Positions 20,569 to 28,415 of a stretch of 64,000 nucleotides of DNA are shown here, piece after piece. The notes beneath the pieces are model-generated. The model made no database searches and had not been told where the DNA came from. It worked only from the letters and a program-made list of their open reading frames with translations. Location: IMG/VR virus record IMGVR_UViG_3300042907_001596, positions 86,441 through 150,440 of that record; one strand, written 5' to 3'. How positions within the stretch are numbered: the stretch's first letter is position 1; the number at the start of each line of letters is the position of its first letter. Made by a program: the position numbers and the translations under genes. This stretch comes from a virus.

Positions 20569-20883
20569 ATGAAGATTATCGCTGTACTCTCATCGCTCCT
20601 TGCCGCCACCTTCGTGGGGGCCGGAGTTGCGCACGCCGATCTGTCCCCCAGCGAAGAGGCTTTGGGGGACTTTATGAGTGAGGCCGTCTGCGAGTTCCTT
20701 GATGACCAAGGAGTCAACACCGCCAGCATGCTGGATCTGTTCGCCGTCGTCTATCGACAACAGGCTGTTCGCACCGAACAAGACGCCGCCGACGTGGTTA
20801 ACTACGTCGTCTACACCTACTGCTACAGCCACTGGAGTGAGCTTGTCGCGTTCGGTGAAGGCGTCAGGGCGGGAGGAGGGTGA
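20569..20883 (+). CDS. small secreted protein (DUF732-like)
   Basis: Signal peptide ending AHA; VC..L ... YTYC two-Cys pattern. Confidence 0.7.
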   Translation: MKIIAVLSSLLAATFVGAGVAHADLSPSEEALGDFMSEAVCEFLDDQGVNTASMLDLFAVVYRQQAVRTEQDAADVVNYVVYTYCYSHWSELVAFGEGVRAGGG

Positions 20884-21185
20884 TGGCGACCTACCTGATC
20901 ACTTCAGCATCCGTTGAACCCCGCCGGGTGCAAGAGCATTTTGATGCTCGCGGCTGGCCGGGTGAGGCCCGCAGTCACGCCGAAGTTGCTCAAGTCTTCC
21001 GGCGCGGCGAAGGGTGGAAGATCCTGCCGGGACGCACGAAGATCAGCCACGACTGGCTCCTGAAGGCCCAAGCCGACGACATCACGTCGATCGCGCTGCG
21101 CGTGCGCTACGCCGACCGCCGCACGGTGACGGCCGACTTCTCCGTCAAAGAGTTGTTGAAGATGGCCGGTCTGCGCGGGGAATAG
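20883..21185 (+). CDS. hypothetical protein
   Basis: GGAGGAGG RBS, overlap with previous stop. Confidence 0.7.
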   Translation: MATYLITSASVEPRRVQEHFDARGWPGEARSHAEVAQVFRRGEGWKILPGRTKISHDWLLKAQADDITSIALRVRYADRRTVTADFSVKELLKMAGLRGE

Positions 21186-21204
21186 CCCCGCCCGCTCCGG
21201 CGTT
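21179..21204 (+). promoter_or_regulatory. ECF-type promoter GGAATA-N16-CGTT (copy 4)
   Basis: GGAATA 21179-21184, CGTT 21201-21204. Confidence 0.75.
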
Positions 21205-21244
21205 ACACCAGATGAAGGGGCATCCGCCCCTGGTAAGGAGACGC

Positions 21245-21559
21245 ATGAAAATCAAGCTGTTCAACAAAGAGGTGCTTGCCGCCGCCGCTGCGCAGGGTGC
21301 GAAGCGGAACTACAACCGGCAGGTACCATCGGAAGTCATCGCAGGATTACCGGACGACATGGTGTTCCCGGTGACGCTGTCCATGCTCCACGAGCACGCC
21401 GGTGGTGAACGGGTGGAGCCGCACATCCGCGCAATCGTCGCTGTCGACCCCGATGGGGAGACGCTGATTCTCGACGTGAGCATGGCGGTCTTCCTGGCCC
21501 TGCCCGAAGTGGAAGTCAAAGACGGGGAGATCGTGCATGACGTACCGCAACATCACTGA
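21245..21559 (+). CDS. hypothetical protein
   Basis: TAAGGAG RBS before ATG 21245. Confidence 0.7.
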   Translation: MKIKLFNKEVLAAAAAQGAKRNYNRQVPSEVIAGLPDDMVFPVTLSMLHEHAGGERVEPHIRAIVAVDPDGETLILDVSMAVFLALPEVEVKDGEIVHDVPQHH

Positions 21560-21857
21560 GGTCAAGCGGGCCAACAAAGCCGCCGGATACTTCTGGTTCA
21601 GCCCCGCCACCAGGAAGCACTGGGGTGCGCGGGTGGAGACGCCAGTCATGGACGGCCGGTTCTGGGTCGAGTCTGCCCGCACTTACGACGACGAAGGCCG
21701 CGAGTACAAGCTCGTCTACGCCACCGACGACGCCGGGGCCGTGGACTACTTCCGCGCCGGGGGCACAGACATCCTGCGCTTCCCTACCCGCGCCGAAGCC
21801 ATCGACGCCCTGGTCGAATACATCGCAAAAGAGAAGGAGGCAGCAGATGCCGGTTAA
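21537..21857 (+). CDS. hypothetical phage protein
   Basis: N..AG.FWFSPAT...W motif; GGGGAG RBS. Confidence 0.7.
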   Translation: MTYRNITEVKRANKAAGYFWFSPATRKHWGARVETPVMDGRFWVESARTYDDEGREYKLVYATDDAGAVDYFRAGGTDILRFPTRAEAIDALVEYIAKEKEAADAG

Positions 21858-22122
21858 AGAAAAGTGGAAGCTGAGAGTCAACGGCTGGGGCAAAGTCATC
21901 TTCGATGACAGCCTCTCCCTGGTGGCCAAGCGCGACAAGCTGATCGCGCTGCTGCGCGACTCCGACTGGCACATCGTCAGCGGAGGCGACGACGGCGAGT
22001 TGGAGGACAGGATCCAAGACTGGCTGTTCGCGGACGAAACCGAAAGCGAACTCCAGTACGGGATGGATCGGATCTACGACCTAGCCGACGACGACGGTGT
22101 CTGGCTGGATCCGCGAGCATAG
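21847..22122 (+). CDS. acidic hypothetical protein
   Basis: AAGGAGG RBS before ATG 21847; IYDLADD.GVW. Confidence 0.7.
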   Translation: MPVKEKWKLRVNGWGKVIFDDSLSLVAKRDKLIALLRDSDWHIVSGGDDGELEDRIQDWLFADETESELQYGMDRIYDLADDDGVWLDPRA

Positions 22123-22198
22123 CTAAGGCCGGGGGAGGGCAGTTGGCCCCTTTCGGCTATGCCTCAACAGCGAAGATCCCCTCCCCCGGCCTGTCCAG

Positions 22199-22224
22199 GG
22201 AATAACTCCCCCTCCACCAGCGTT
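22199..22224 (+). promoter_or_regulatory. ECF-type promoter GGAATA-N16-CGTT (copy 5)
   Basis: GGAATA 22199-22204, CGTT 22221-22224; near-copy of the 19458 promoter and leader. Confidence 0.78.
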
Positions 22225-22267
22225 ATAGCTAGTGGAGGGGGAGTTTCCCCCCTGGAAGGGAGTTCGC

Positions 22268-22516
22268 ATGGATCCCCGCAAGTACGCCGAAGCCGCCCTG
22301 GAGCGCCAGATCGCGGAGCTAGACGAGATGATCGGCCTGTTGGATCCCTTCGCTGGTGCCCCCAGCGAGTTGGGTCGGCTCTACTCCGAGTCTGCTGCCC
22401 TCGCCGCCGTCGCGGCGGTGTGGGACGACGCTGCTGAAGACATCTACGCCGCACGGATCAAGGCGCTGGAAGACCACGAGTACGGCCTCAAGAAGCTCGA
22501 CCACCTCTACGTCTGA
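22268..22516 (+). CDS. hypothetical protein
   Basis: AAGGGAG RBS before ATG 22268. Confidence 0.65.
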   Translation: MDPRKYAEAALERQIAELDEMIGLLDPFAGAPSELGRLYSESAALAAVAAVWDDAAEDIYAARIKALEDHEYGLKKLDHLYV

Positions 22517-22528
22517 GAAAGGACGACC

Positions 22529-22771
22529 ATGGCCAAGAAAGCCCCCCGCTACGAACTGTTCAAGACCTGCGTGGCCGACGCCAAAAAGCGGGCCGGTGGC
22601 GACTACGGCTTCAACCTCATCGGGCCGAACTTGCGCCGCGCCTTGGTGGCCGAACGCATCTTGATGCTGCAACAGCAGTTCCGTCGCCAGTTCGACGCCG
22701 CCGTCGTGGTGGACACCATCGGGGAGTTGTGCGACCTGCTGGCCGACGAGTTCCCCGCCGAAGACATCTAG
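22529..22771 (+). CDS. hypothetical protein
   Basis: GAAAGGA RBS. Confidence 0.7.
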   Translation: MAKKAPRYELFKTCVADAKKRAGGDYGFNLIGPNLRRALVAERILMLQQQFRRQFDAAVVVDTIGELCDLLADEFPAEDI

Positions 22772-22784
22772 GAAGGATGACCCC

Positions 22785-22982
22785 ATGATTGAGGTTCACG
22801 ACTACTCCACCGGCACACCGCCCAGTGGTGACACCTGGACAACGGAGGAGTTGCAGCGCGACTACGAAGTCGTGGGCTTCGCCGCCCCGTTCGTCGTCGT
22901 CCGGCGCAAAGCCGACGGCGTAAAAGGCACGCTGGAGTTCACCCACTCCCCAAGGGTGTACTTCGGATTCCGGCCGGAATAA
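22785..22982 (+). CDS. small hypothetical protein
   Basis: WTTEELQRDYEV.GFAAPFVVVRRK..G..G.LEF.HSPR.YF; RBS present. Confidence 0.7.
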   Translation: MIEVHDYSTGTPPSGDTWTTEELQRDYEVVGFAAPFVVVRRKADGVKGTLEFTHSPRVYFGFRPE

Positions 22983-23001
22983 TAACCGGCCGGGTTGCGT
23001 T
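22976..23001 (+). promoter_or_regulatory. ECF-type promoter GGAATA-N16-CGTT (copy 6)
   Basis: GGAATA 22976-22981, CGTT 22998-23001. Confidence 0.75.
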
Positions 23002-23043
23002 ACACCTAACGTAAGCCCACCAACCACGAAGGAGACACCCGAC

Positions 23044-23907
23044 GTGACATCCCCGAATGACCGCTCGCTGGAGCGCATCGCTGCGCTGCTCGCCCAGGCG
23101 GAGAACACCGACAACGAAGCCGAAGCCACCGTCTTCATGGAGAAGGCGCAGGCGCTGGCTACCGCGCACTCCATCGACCTCGCCGTGGCCCGCTCCCACA
23201 CCAAAGGTAAAGAGCGCACCGTCCCGATCCAGCGGAGCATCCGCATTGGGGAGCGCCGCACCAAAGGGCTGGGCACTTACGTCACGCTGTTCAGCGGGAT
23301 CGCCGGAGCCAACGAGGTCAAGATCGACATCGCCCACGACTCGACGGTCGTCTACGCCTTCGGGTTCGCAGAGGACATCGACCTGGCCGAACAGATCTAC
23401 ACCAGCGTCCTGGGTCAGATGGTCACCGCATCTGCCGCCTTCAAGAAGAAGGGCGAGTGGAAGCAGGACACCGTCTACACCAAGGTGCGCTACGCCAACG
23501 ACGGCTGGTACGGGAACCGGTACGACTACGGGTACGAAGAGCGCCCCGTCTCGTGGCTGTCGGCGCGGCTGTCCTTCCAAGACGGCTACGCCCGCCGGAT
23601 CGGGGAGCGCCTGCGCATCGCCCGCGTCGAAGCGGAGCAGCAGCGCATCGCTGAGGACGCCGCTAAGGCTCCGGTGATCACCGACGACGCCACCGAAGAG
23701 CCGGGTACCGACTTGGTGCTGGCCAACAAGCAGGTGGAGGTCAAAGACTTCTACAAGGCAACCAGCCGCGCACGCGGAAGCTGGAGGGGTGCCTACTCCG
23801 GCAACCGCTCGCACACCGCCAGCAGCGCGGGACGCAGCGCCGCCGACAAAGCACGGCTGTCCGGCCAGGGCGAGATCGGCGGACGGCGCGGGGAGTTGAC
23901 GGCATGA
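23044..23907 (+). CDS. DUF2786-domain protein
   Basis: LERIAALLAQAENT.NEAEA..FMEKAQ.LAT.HSID N-terminus. Confidence 0.8.
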   Translation: MTSPNDRSLERIAALLAQAENTDNEAEATVFMEKAQALATAHSIDLAVARSHTKGKERTVPIQRSIRIGERRTKGLGTYVTLFSGIAGANEVKIDIAHDSTVVYAFGFAEDIDLAEQIYTSVLGQMVTASAAFKKKGEWKQDTVYTKVRYANDGWYGNRYDYGYEERPVSWLSARLSFQDGYARRIGERLRIARVEAEQQRIAEDAAKAPVITDDATEEPGTDLVLANKQVEVKDFYKATSRARGSWRGAYSGNRSHTASSAGRSAADKARLSGQGEIGGRRGELTA

Positions 23908-24443
23908 GCCGCGACTTCCAGCGGGCCAAGGTCTACGCGGCGGAGAACATCCTCGCCCGCATGTACGACCGCGCTGCGGAGTCGGGCAGCCCAGAGGTGA
24001 GCCTGCACGGCGTGACAGTCACGCTGCCTCCCGAAGCGAAGTTCGGGTGCGTCGACTCCGTGCAGGCGTACATCGACCGGGTGATGGCGATGCCGACGGT
24101 GGCGGCGGCGTTCGGCGGCAAGTCGACTCCGACTGTGCGCCACCGCCAGGGCACGAAGGCGGCGCACTATTGCAACGACACCATCGCCATTCCGACGGAT
24201 CGCGACGGGCGCTGGGCAATGCGGGAGTTGGTCGTGCTCCACGAACTGGCTCACCATTTAGCGTGGGGAGATCGCCACGGCCCGCGATTCGTCTCCAGCT
24301 TCATCACTTTGCTGGGGCTGGTCTTGGGGCCGGAGATCGAACTGCTGGCCCGCATGTTGTTTACCGACGGCGGAGTGCAAACCATTCCGCCCAGAGTGGC
24401 GTGGGAGAAATCCGCCGCCCGAACAAGAAAGGATCCACAATGA
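23904..24443 (+). CDS. TIGR04338-like HExxH metallopeptidase
   Basis: RDFQRAKVYAAE...AHY...WAMRELVVLHELAHH...HG; typical partner of DUF2786 genes. Confidence 0.8.
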   Translation: MSRDFQRAKVYAAENILARMYDRAAESGSPEVSLHGVTVTLPPEAKFGCVDSVQAYIDRVMAMPTVAAAFGGKSTPTVRHRQGTKAAHYCNDTIAIPTDRDGRWAMRELVVLHELAHHLAWGDRHGPRFVSSFITLLGLVLGPEIELLARMLFTDGGVQTIPPRVAWEKSAARTRKDPQ

Positions 24444-24706
24444 AAGCATTACGCGCCCTCTTGGTGGCGGCAACTGGAGTGTTCGCCATTCTTGCCCTGC
24501 CCGCCCAAGCGCAGGCCGCTCCAGGTCAGTGCTGGAACAGTCCGTTCGGCGGCTTCTGCGACCAGATGCCCGAAGCCGACGGGAGCTTTATGCACTGCGA
24601 ATACACCGGCTTCGGGAGTTCGACGTACCGGAACTGCTTCCAGGTGTGCATGGGCGTCAATGGCGGCATCTTCCCAACGGACTACAACTTTCAAACTCCG
24701 TGCTAA
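24440..24706 (+). CDS. small secreted Cys-rich protein (CDGP-like)
   Basis: Signal peptide ending AQA; FCD..P.ADGSF.HC; six Cys. Confidence 0.7.
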   Translation: MKALRALLVAATGVFAILALPAQAQAAPGQCWNSPFGGFCDQMPEADGSFMHCEYTGFGSSTYRNCFQVCMGVNGGIFPTDYNFQTPC

Positions 24707-24779
24707 GTGAGTATTGCTGATTTCCCAATGTGCGTATATCATCGCTGACATAAGCAGTCTTGAAGGAGACACCCCAGTG

Positions 24780-25163
24780 ATGAAAATCAGTTACGAACTC
24801 ACCGCAGAGCAGTTCATGGCAGTGCATGAAGAGTTGGCGATACTCAACGCCAAGCTGGCCGGACAGGCAGCACCAGAGCCGGAGATCGAAGAAGTGATCG
24901 GCGGACTGGAAGGGCCGGAGGCTTCCCTCACCGCCAGCCAGTACCGCACCTGGAACTATCTTCGGGCGCGGGAGAACGACTGCCCGAACGGCGTCAGCAT
25001 CTCTTCGGTCGCTCGCCACTTCGGCATCAACGCCTCCGCCGCGTCGCAGCGGCTGAACGTCCTGAAAAGGCTGGGGTACGCCGACCAGATCAAAAAGGGC
25101 TACTACCGGGTGGCGATGCCGACGGTGCGCAGCCGCCGGATCCTGACCGGCGTCAGGAGCTAG
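24780..25163 (+). CDS. winged helix-turn-helix DNA-binding protein
   Basis: ISSVARHFGINASAASQRLNVLKRLGY...GYY; AAGGAG RBS. Confidence 0.75.
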   Translation: MKISYELTAEQFMAVHEELAILNAKLAGQAAPEPEIEEVIGGLEGPEASLTASQYRTWNYLRARENDCPNGVSISSVARHFGINASAASQRLNVLKRLGYADQIKKGYYRVAMPTVRSRRILTGVRS

Positions 25164-25405
25164 GCGGCAGCCAACTCTTCGGCCAGCGCGTCGATCGCGT
25201 CGGAGCGGTATCCATCCCACACGTCGTCGTCACCGACCAAGACGACCGGTGCCGTCGTGAAGCCCAACGCACGAACTTCCTCCGCCAAGCTGGGGTTCTC
25301 GTCCAGACGAACCTCCTCAAATGCGATGCCTCGCTTCGTCAAGTGCATCTTGGTGATGCGGCAAAGGTGGCATGCGGGGCCGGTGGTGAAGACGGTGATG
25401 GACAT
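25160..25405 (-). CDS. nrdH: NrdH-like glutaredoxin
   Basis: ITVFT..ACHLC..TK..L...GI.FEEV...GF.TAPVV...W.GYR.D.I; only convincing minus-strand gene. Confidence 0.9.
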   Translation of the reverse strand: MSITVFTTGPACHLCRITKMHLTKRGIAFEEVRLDENPSLAEEVRALGFTTAPVVLVGDDDVWDGYRSDAIDALAEELAAA

Positions 25406-25611
25406 TAGGGTTCCTGTCTGATCTGTGCCCAGGCGAGTGCCTGGCCGAGAGATATTTGCAAGCCGGACACCTTGGTGCAACCTTCCTAGACCAGCCGCTC
25501 GTGTTGCTCTCAACGTGAGTAAAGTCCCTTCCCCATCGGATGGTTTCGACACTCCAACCGGTGATGCCCCAGCCTGTAAAGGGTGAGGTCGCAAGTGTGG
25601 GAGGTGAGCAG

Positions 25612-25878
25612 GTGCCGGAGATCCAGCTAATGGGTGGCGAGCAGGATGGCCACACCGTGACTACCAACACCGAAAACTGCCCCGAAGTGTTTTATGCTGT
25701 GCCGTTGGCTGACGCGGAACTGATCCGCACCACCAAGGGGAACCTGAAAAAGCTGACGCTCCGCGACAAACTAGCAACGCTGGCGTACCGCTTTGATTGT
25801 GTCATTGCTACTGAAGGTCGCGTGGAGTTGCGCTACGTCCGCGATCCCGGCATGGACAAAAAGCGGTCATCCCTGTGA
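25612..25878 (+). CDS. hypothetical protein
   Basis: GGAGG RBS before GTG near 25612; start uncertain. Confidence 0.55.
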   Translation: MPEIQLMGGEQDGHTVTTNTENCPEVFYAVPLADAELIRTTKGNLKKLTLRDKLATLAYRFDCVIATEGRVELRYVRDPGMDKKRSSL

Positions 25879-25916
25879 ACACCCTGCCGCTGACAAAGAA
25901 GGTGTAGGAGGTCTAG

Positions 25917-27518
25917 ATGTTCTACTCGACTGCACGCTCCATCGACAACCAGGCTACCGCCACGACGTTCCGCGCCGCTTATGTGCGCTACGCCGGTGAG
26001 ACGGAAGCCTGGTTCGACGGCACCCCCCAGTCCATCGACGGCCGGATCGCTCGCGCCAACCGGCTGCTGCACCTGGCGAAGGAGTCCGTCGCCCGCCAAG
26101 GCATGGACGCTGAGAAGCTGGCGTCGATCGGGGAGCTTCAGGCCGACGTGCAAGCACTGACCGCGCTGCGCCACGACCTGCTGACCGCCGGGGCTGACCG
26201 CGAGGACAACTCGCCCATCGCCGGAGTCCACATCGCCTCTGAGTGGAGTGAGAGAGAGCGCATTTACGCTCCCGACGACGACTACGACCCGGCCTTCGAC
26301 ATTGACTACAACGACCCCGACTGGGAAGAGCATTTTGAAAATGCTATGAAGATGCGCGACGAGCTAAAGGCCAAGGGTGTGCCGACGACGCGGCGAGAAG
26401 TCCGCGAAAAGAAGGAGCGAGAGAGGGCGTTGCAGTCCGGTGAGTTGTCGTCCGCTGAGTCGGGACTTACCGTTGCCTACCGCGAGGCTTACTTCCGTCG
26501 CCTGGCCGCTGAGTACACAGAGACTCACCCCCTCAACGGGATGACCGTCGAGGAACTGATTGAACTGCTCAAAGCCAGCGTGGCTGCTCAGGCGAGCAGT
26601 GCTCGCCACGGCAACTCGCGTACCGCCGACTGCGGCGACGACGAAGAGTACAAGGGCGGCGAGCACGACGAAGACGGCGAGCAGCCCAACGACTATCTGT
26701 TCGATGAGCAGGGCCGGTACCGCCGCGAGCGGTTCAAGGGCAAAGAGGCCGGATACTTCGGGGACGGCCAGGACAACGACTGGCGCGACGAAGGCTACTA
26801 CGACGACGAAACCGACGACAAGCGTGACAAGCGCGGCAAGCACCGCATGGACGAGGTCGGCGGATCCGGCCGTCCGGTCACCAACCCCTACACCGGCGAC
26901 GACGGGGGCAGCTTCAGCGGCAACCCGAAGGGGCGCGGGCACTGGGACAAAGCGTCCAGGCGAATGGTCGCTGGATCTGAGTGGCGCAGCATTGAGTGCC
27001 CTGAGTGTGGATCCAGGCCGGGAGACAACTGCACCGAAGGTTCAGGTCATTGGGCTGATGAAGGTCGGTTTGATCGCACACCGCATGAACTGCGCACCGA
27101 CCCCGACGTGATTGCCGAGTACCTGGAGGAGTTCTCGCCGGAGAACGTCCAGCGCGGCGAGGATCAGCGCAACGAAGGGCTGCGCGAACTGGCTGACGCG
27201 ATCGTGCGAGGTGGGCCACGCGAAGCGGGCCTCTCCCCCGATGACCGCCGCTTCGTGGTGCTGGAGTCCGCGAAGTTCTTAGCCGACAACACCGACACCG
27301 ACAATGTCCGCGAGCTAGCCACCCGCGCCCAGCACTTCGCGCAGCAGGTCACCTCCACTTACTCCGACGATCGCTCTCAGGCCGTCACCACCGCGTTCGT
27401 CCGGCGGGTGGCTTCTGCTGCTGCGCAGCGTCGTGACGCTGTCCGGCGCGAGCCGTCCGGCATGAGCAGACAGGCTTCGACCGTCAATGCCTTACCGCCC
27501 GAAGCACTGTTTTTGTAA
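25917..27518 (+). CDS. modular head-associated protein with RxA-delimited segments, including a Zn-finger module
   Basis: Late-motif promoter upstream; acidic low-complexity modules; CPEC..PG..C....H. Confidence 0.7.
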   Translation: MFYSTARSIDNQATATTFRAAYVRYAGETEAWFDGTPQSIDGRIARANRLLHLAKESVARQGMDAEKLASIGELQADVQALTALRHDLLTAGADREDNSPIAGVHIASEWSERERIYAPDDDYDPAFDIDYNDPDWEEHFENAMKMRDELKAKGVPTTRREVREKKERERALQSGELSSAESGLTVAYREAYFRRLAAEYTETHPLNGMTVEELIELLKASVAAQASSARHGNSRTADCGDDEEYKGGEHDEDGEQPNDYLFDEQGRYRRERFKGKEAGYFGDGQDNDWRDEGYYDDETDDKRDKRGKHRMDEVGGSGRPVTNPYTGDDGGSFSGNPKGRGHWDKASRRMVAGSEWRSIECPECGSRPGDNCTEGSGHWADEGRFDRTPHELRTDPDVIAEYLEEFSPENVQRGEDQRNEGLRELADAIVRGGPREAGLSPDDRRFVVLESAKFLADNTDTDNVRELATRAQHFAQQVTSTYSDDRSQAVTTAFVRRVASAAAQRRDAVRREPSGMSRQASTVNALPPEALFL

Positions 27519-27535
27519 CCCAGAAGGGCACCCCG

Positions 27536-27988
27536 ATGATGGGTCAACCGCTGACAATAGATGACGAGTACGTTTCCTTTCGGCCCTTCCTCTATGTGTT
27601 CACCTGGGTTTCCACCCTGCTGCTGCTGTTCAACGGAGACTTTGCCTCCGTCCCCGAAGAGCTACGCGACAACACCGACGGCATCTTCTGGGTGTGGGGC
27701 GGGCTATCGCTGTGGGCACCGCCGGTCGCGCTGCTGGCCTCCGTCCTCATCCGCAAGTCCCCGCAGTGCAAATACCGTGCCTTGTGGCTTCGGCTCAGTG
27801 CCGACTTCTGCCAGTTCATCGCCATCTTGGTGTACCTGATCATGCGGATCTACGTCGGGGATTACCACGTCTACTCCATGGCCTTCCAGTTCGCAGCGCT
27901 GGGGTATATGGCCCACCTCGTGATGGGGGACTCCGTCAAGCTGATGGGTATTGAGGCTCTTGCCGCCAAGCTCCGGCGAGAGGGGTAA
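27536..27988 (+). CDS. membrane protein (about four TM segments)
   Basis: Four hydrophobic stretches. Confidence 0.75.
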   Translation: MMGQPLTIDDEYVSFRPFLYVFTWVSTLLLLFNGDFASVPEELRDNTDGIFWVWGGLSLWAPPVALLASVLIRKSPQCKYRALWLRLSADFCQFIAILVYLIMRIYVGDYHVYSMAFQFAALGYMAHLVMGDSVKLMGIEALAAKLRREG

Positions 27989-27993
27989 GCCCC

Positions 27994-28329
27994 GTGAGTG
28001 CATCCATGAGCGGATTCCTCGCCGCTCTCGCTTACGCTGGCGTCGGGGCCGGTGTCGGAACGATCGGAGCTTCCATCGTGACCGCCCGCTCCGGCCGGGG
28101 TGAATCCCGCGCCCACGCCGCCGAACTCCTCAGTAACGCCGCCGGAGGTCTAGCCGACCGGCTCTCTACCCTGAATGAGAAATTGGACAAAGACAACCGC
28201 GAACTGCGGGATGCCGTCGGTTCGCTCATCGAAGTCATCGACCTGCTGCTGCCGTACATCAAGGACGCCCCGCCGGGAGTGATCTCCAAGGCTGAGAAGA
28301 TGAGCCAGCACGCCAGGCGAGCTATCTAG
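27994..28329 (+). CDS. membrane-anchored coiled-coil protein
   Basis: N-terminal Gly/Ala TM segment followed by heptad-like region. Confidence 0.7.
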   Translation: MSASMSGFLAALAYAGVGAGVGTIGASIVTARSGRGESRAHAAELLSNAAGGLADRLSTLNEKLDKDNRELRDAVGSLIEVIDLLLPYIKDAPPGVISKAEKMSQHARRAI

Positions 28330-28415
28330 CCACGCTGACCTGTAACCGACACGCCCCGCGCCGGGAAAGAGGGAAGAAGCAAGTTCCGTCCAAGGCTGGA
28401 AGCAGGGAGCCGAAC

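Noticed and set aside
25410-25570. tRNA or structured RNA in intergenic hairpins (also 1020-1200)
   Set aside because: No cloverleaf, T-loop context or CCA could be built
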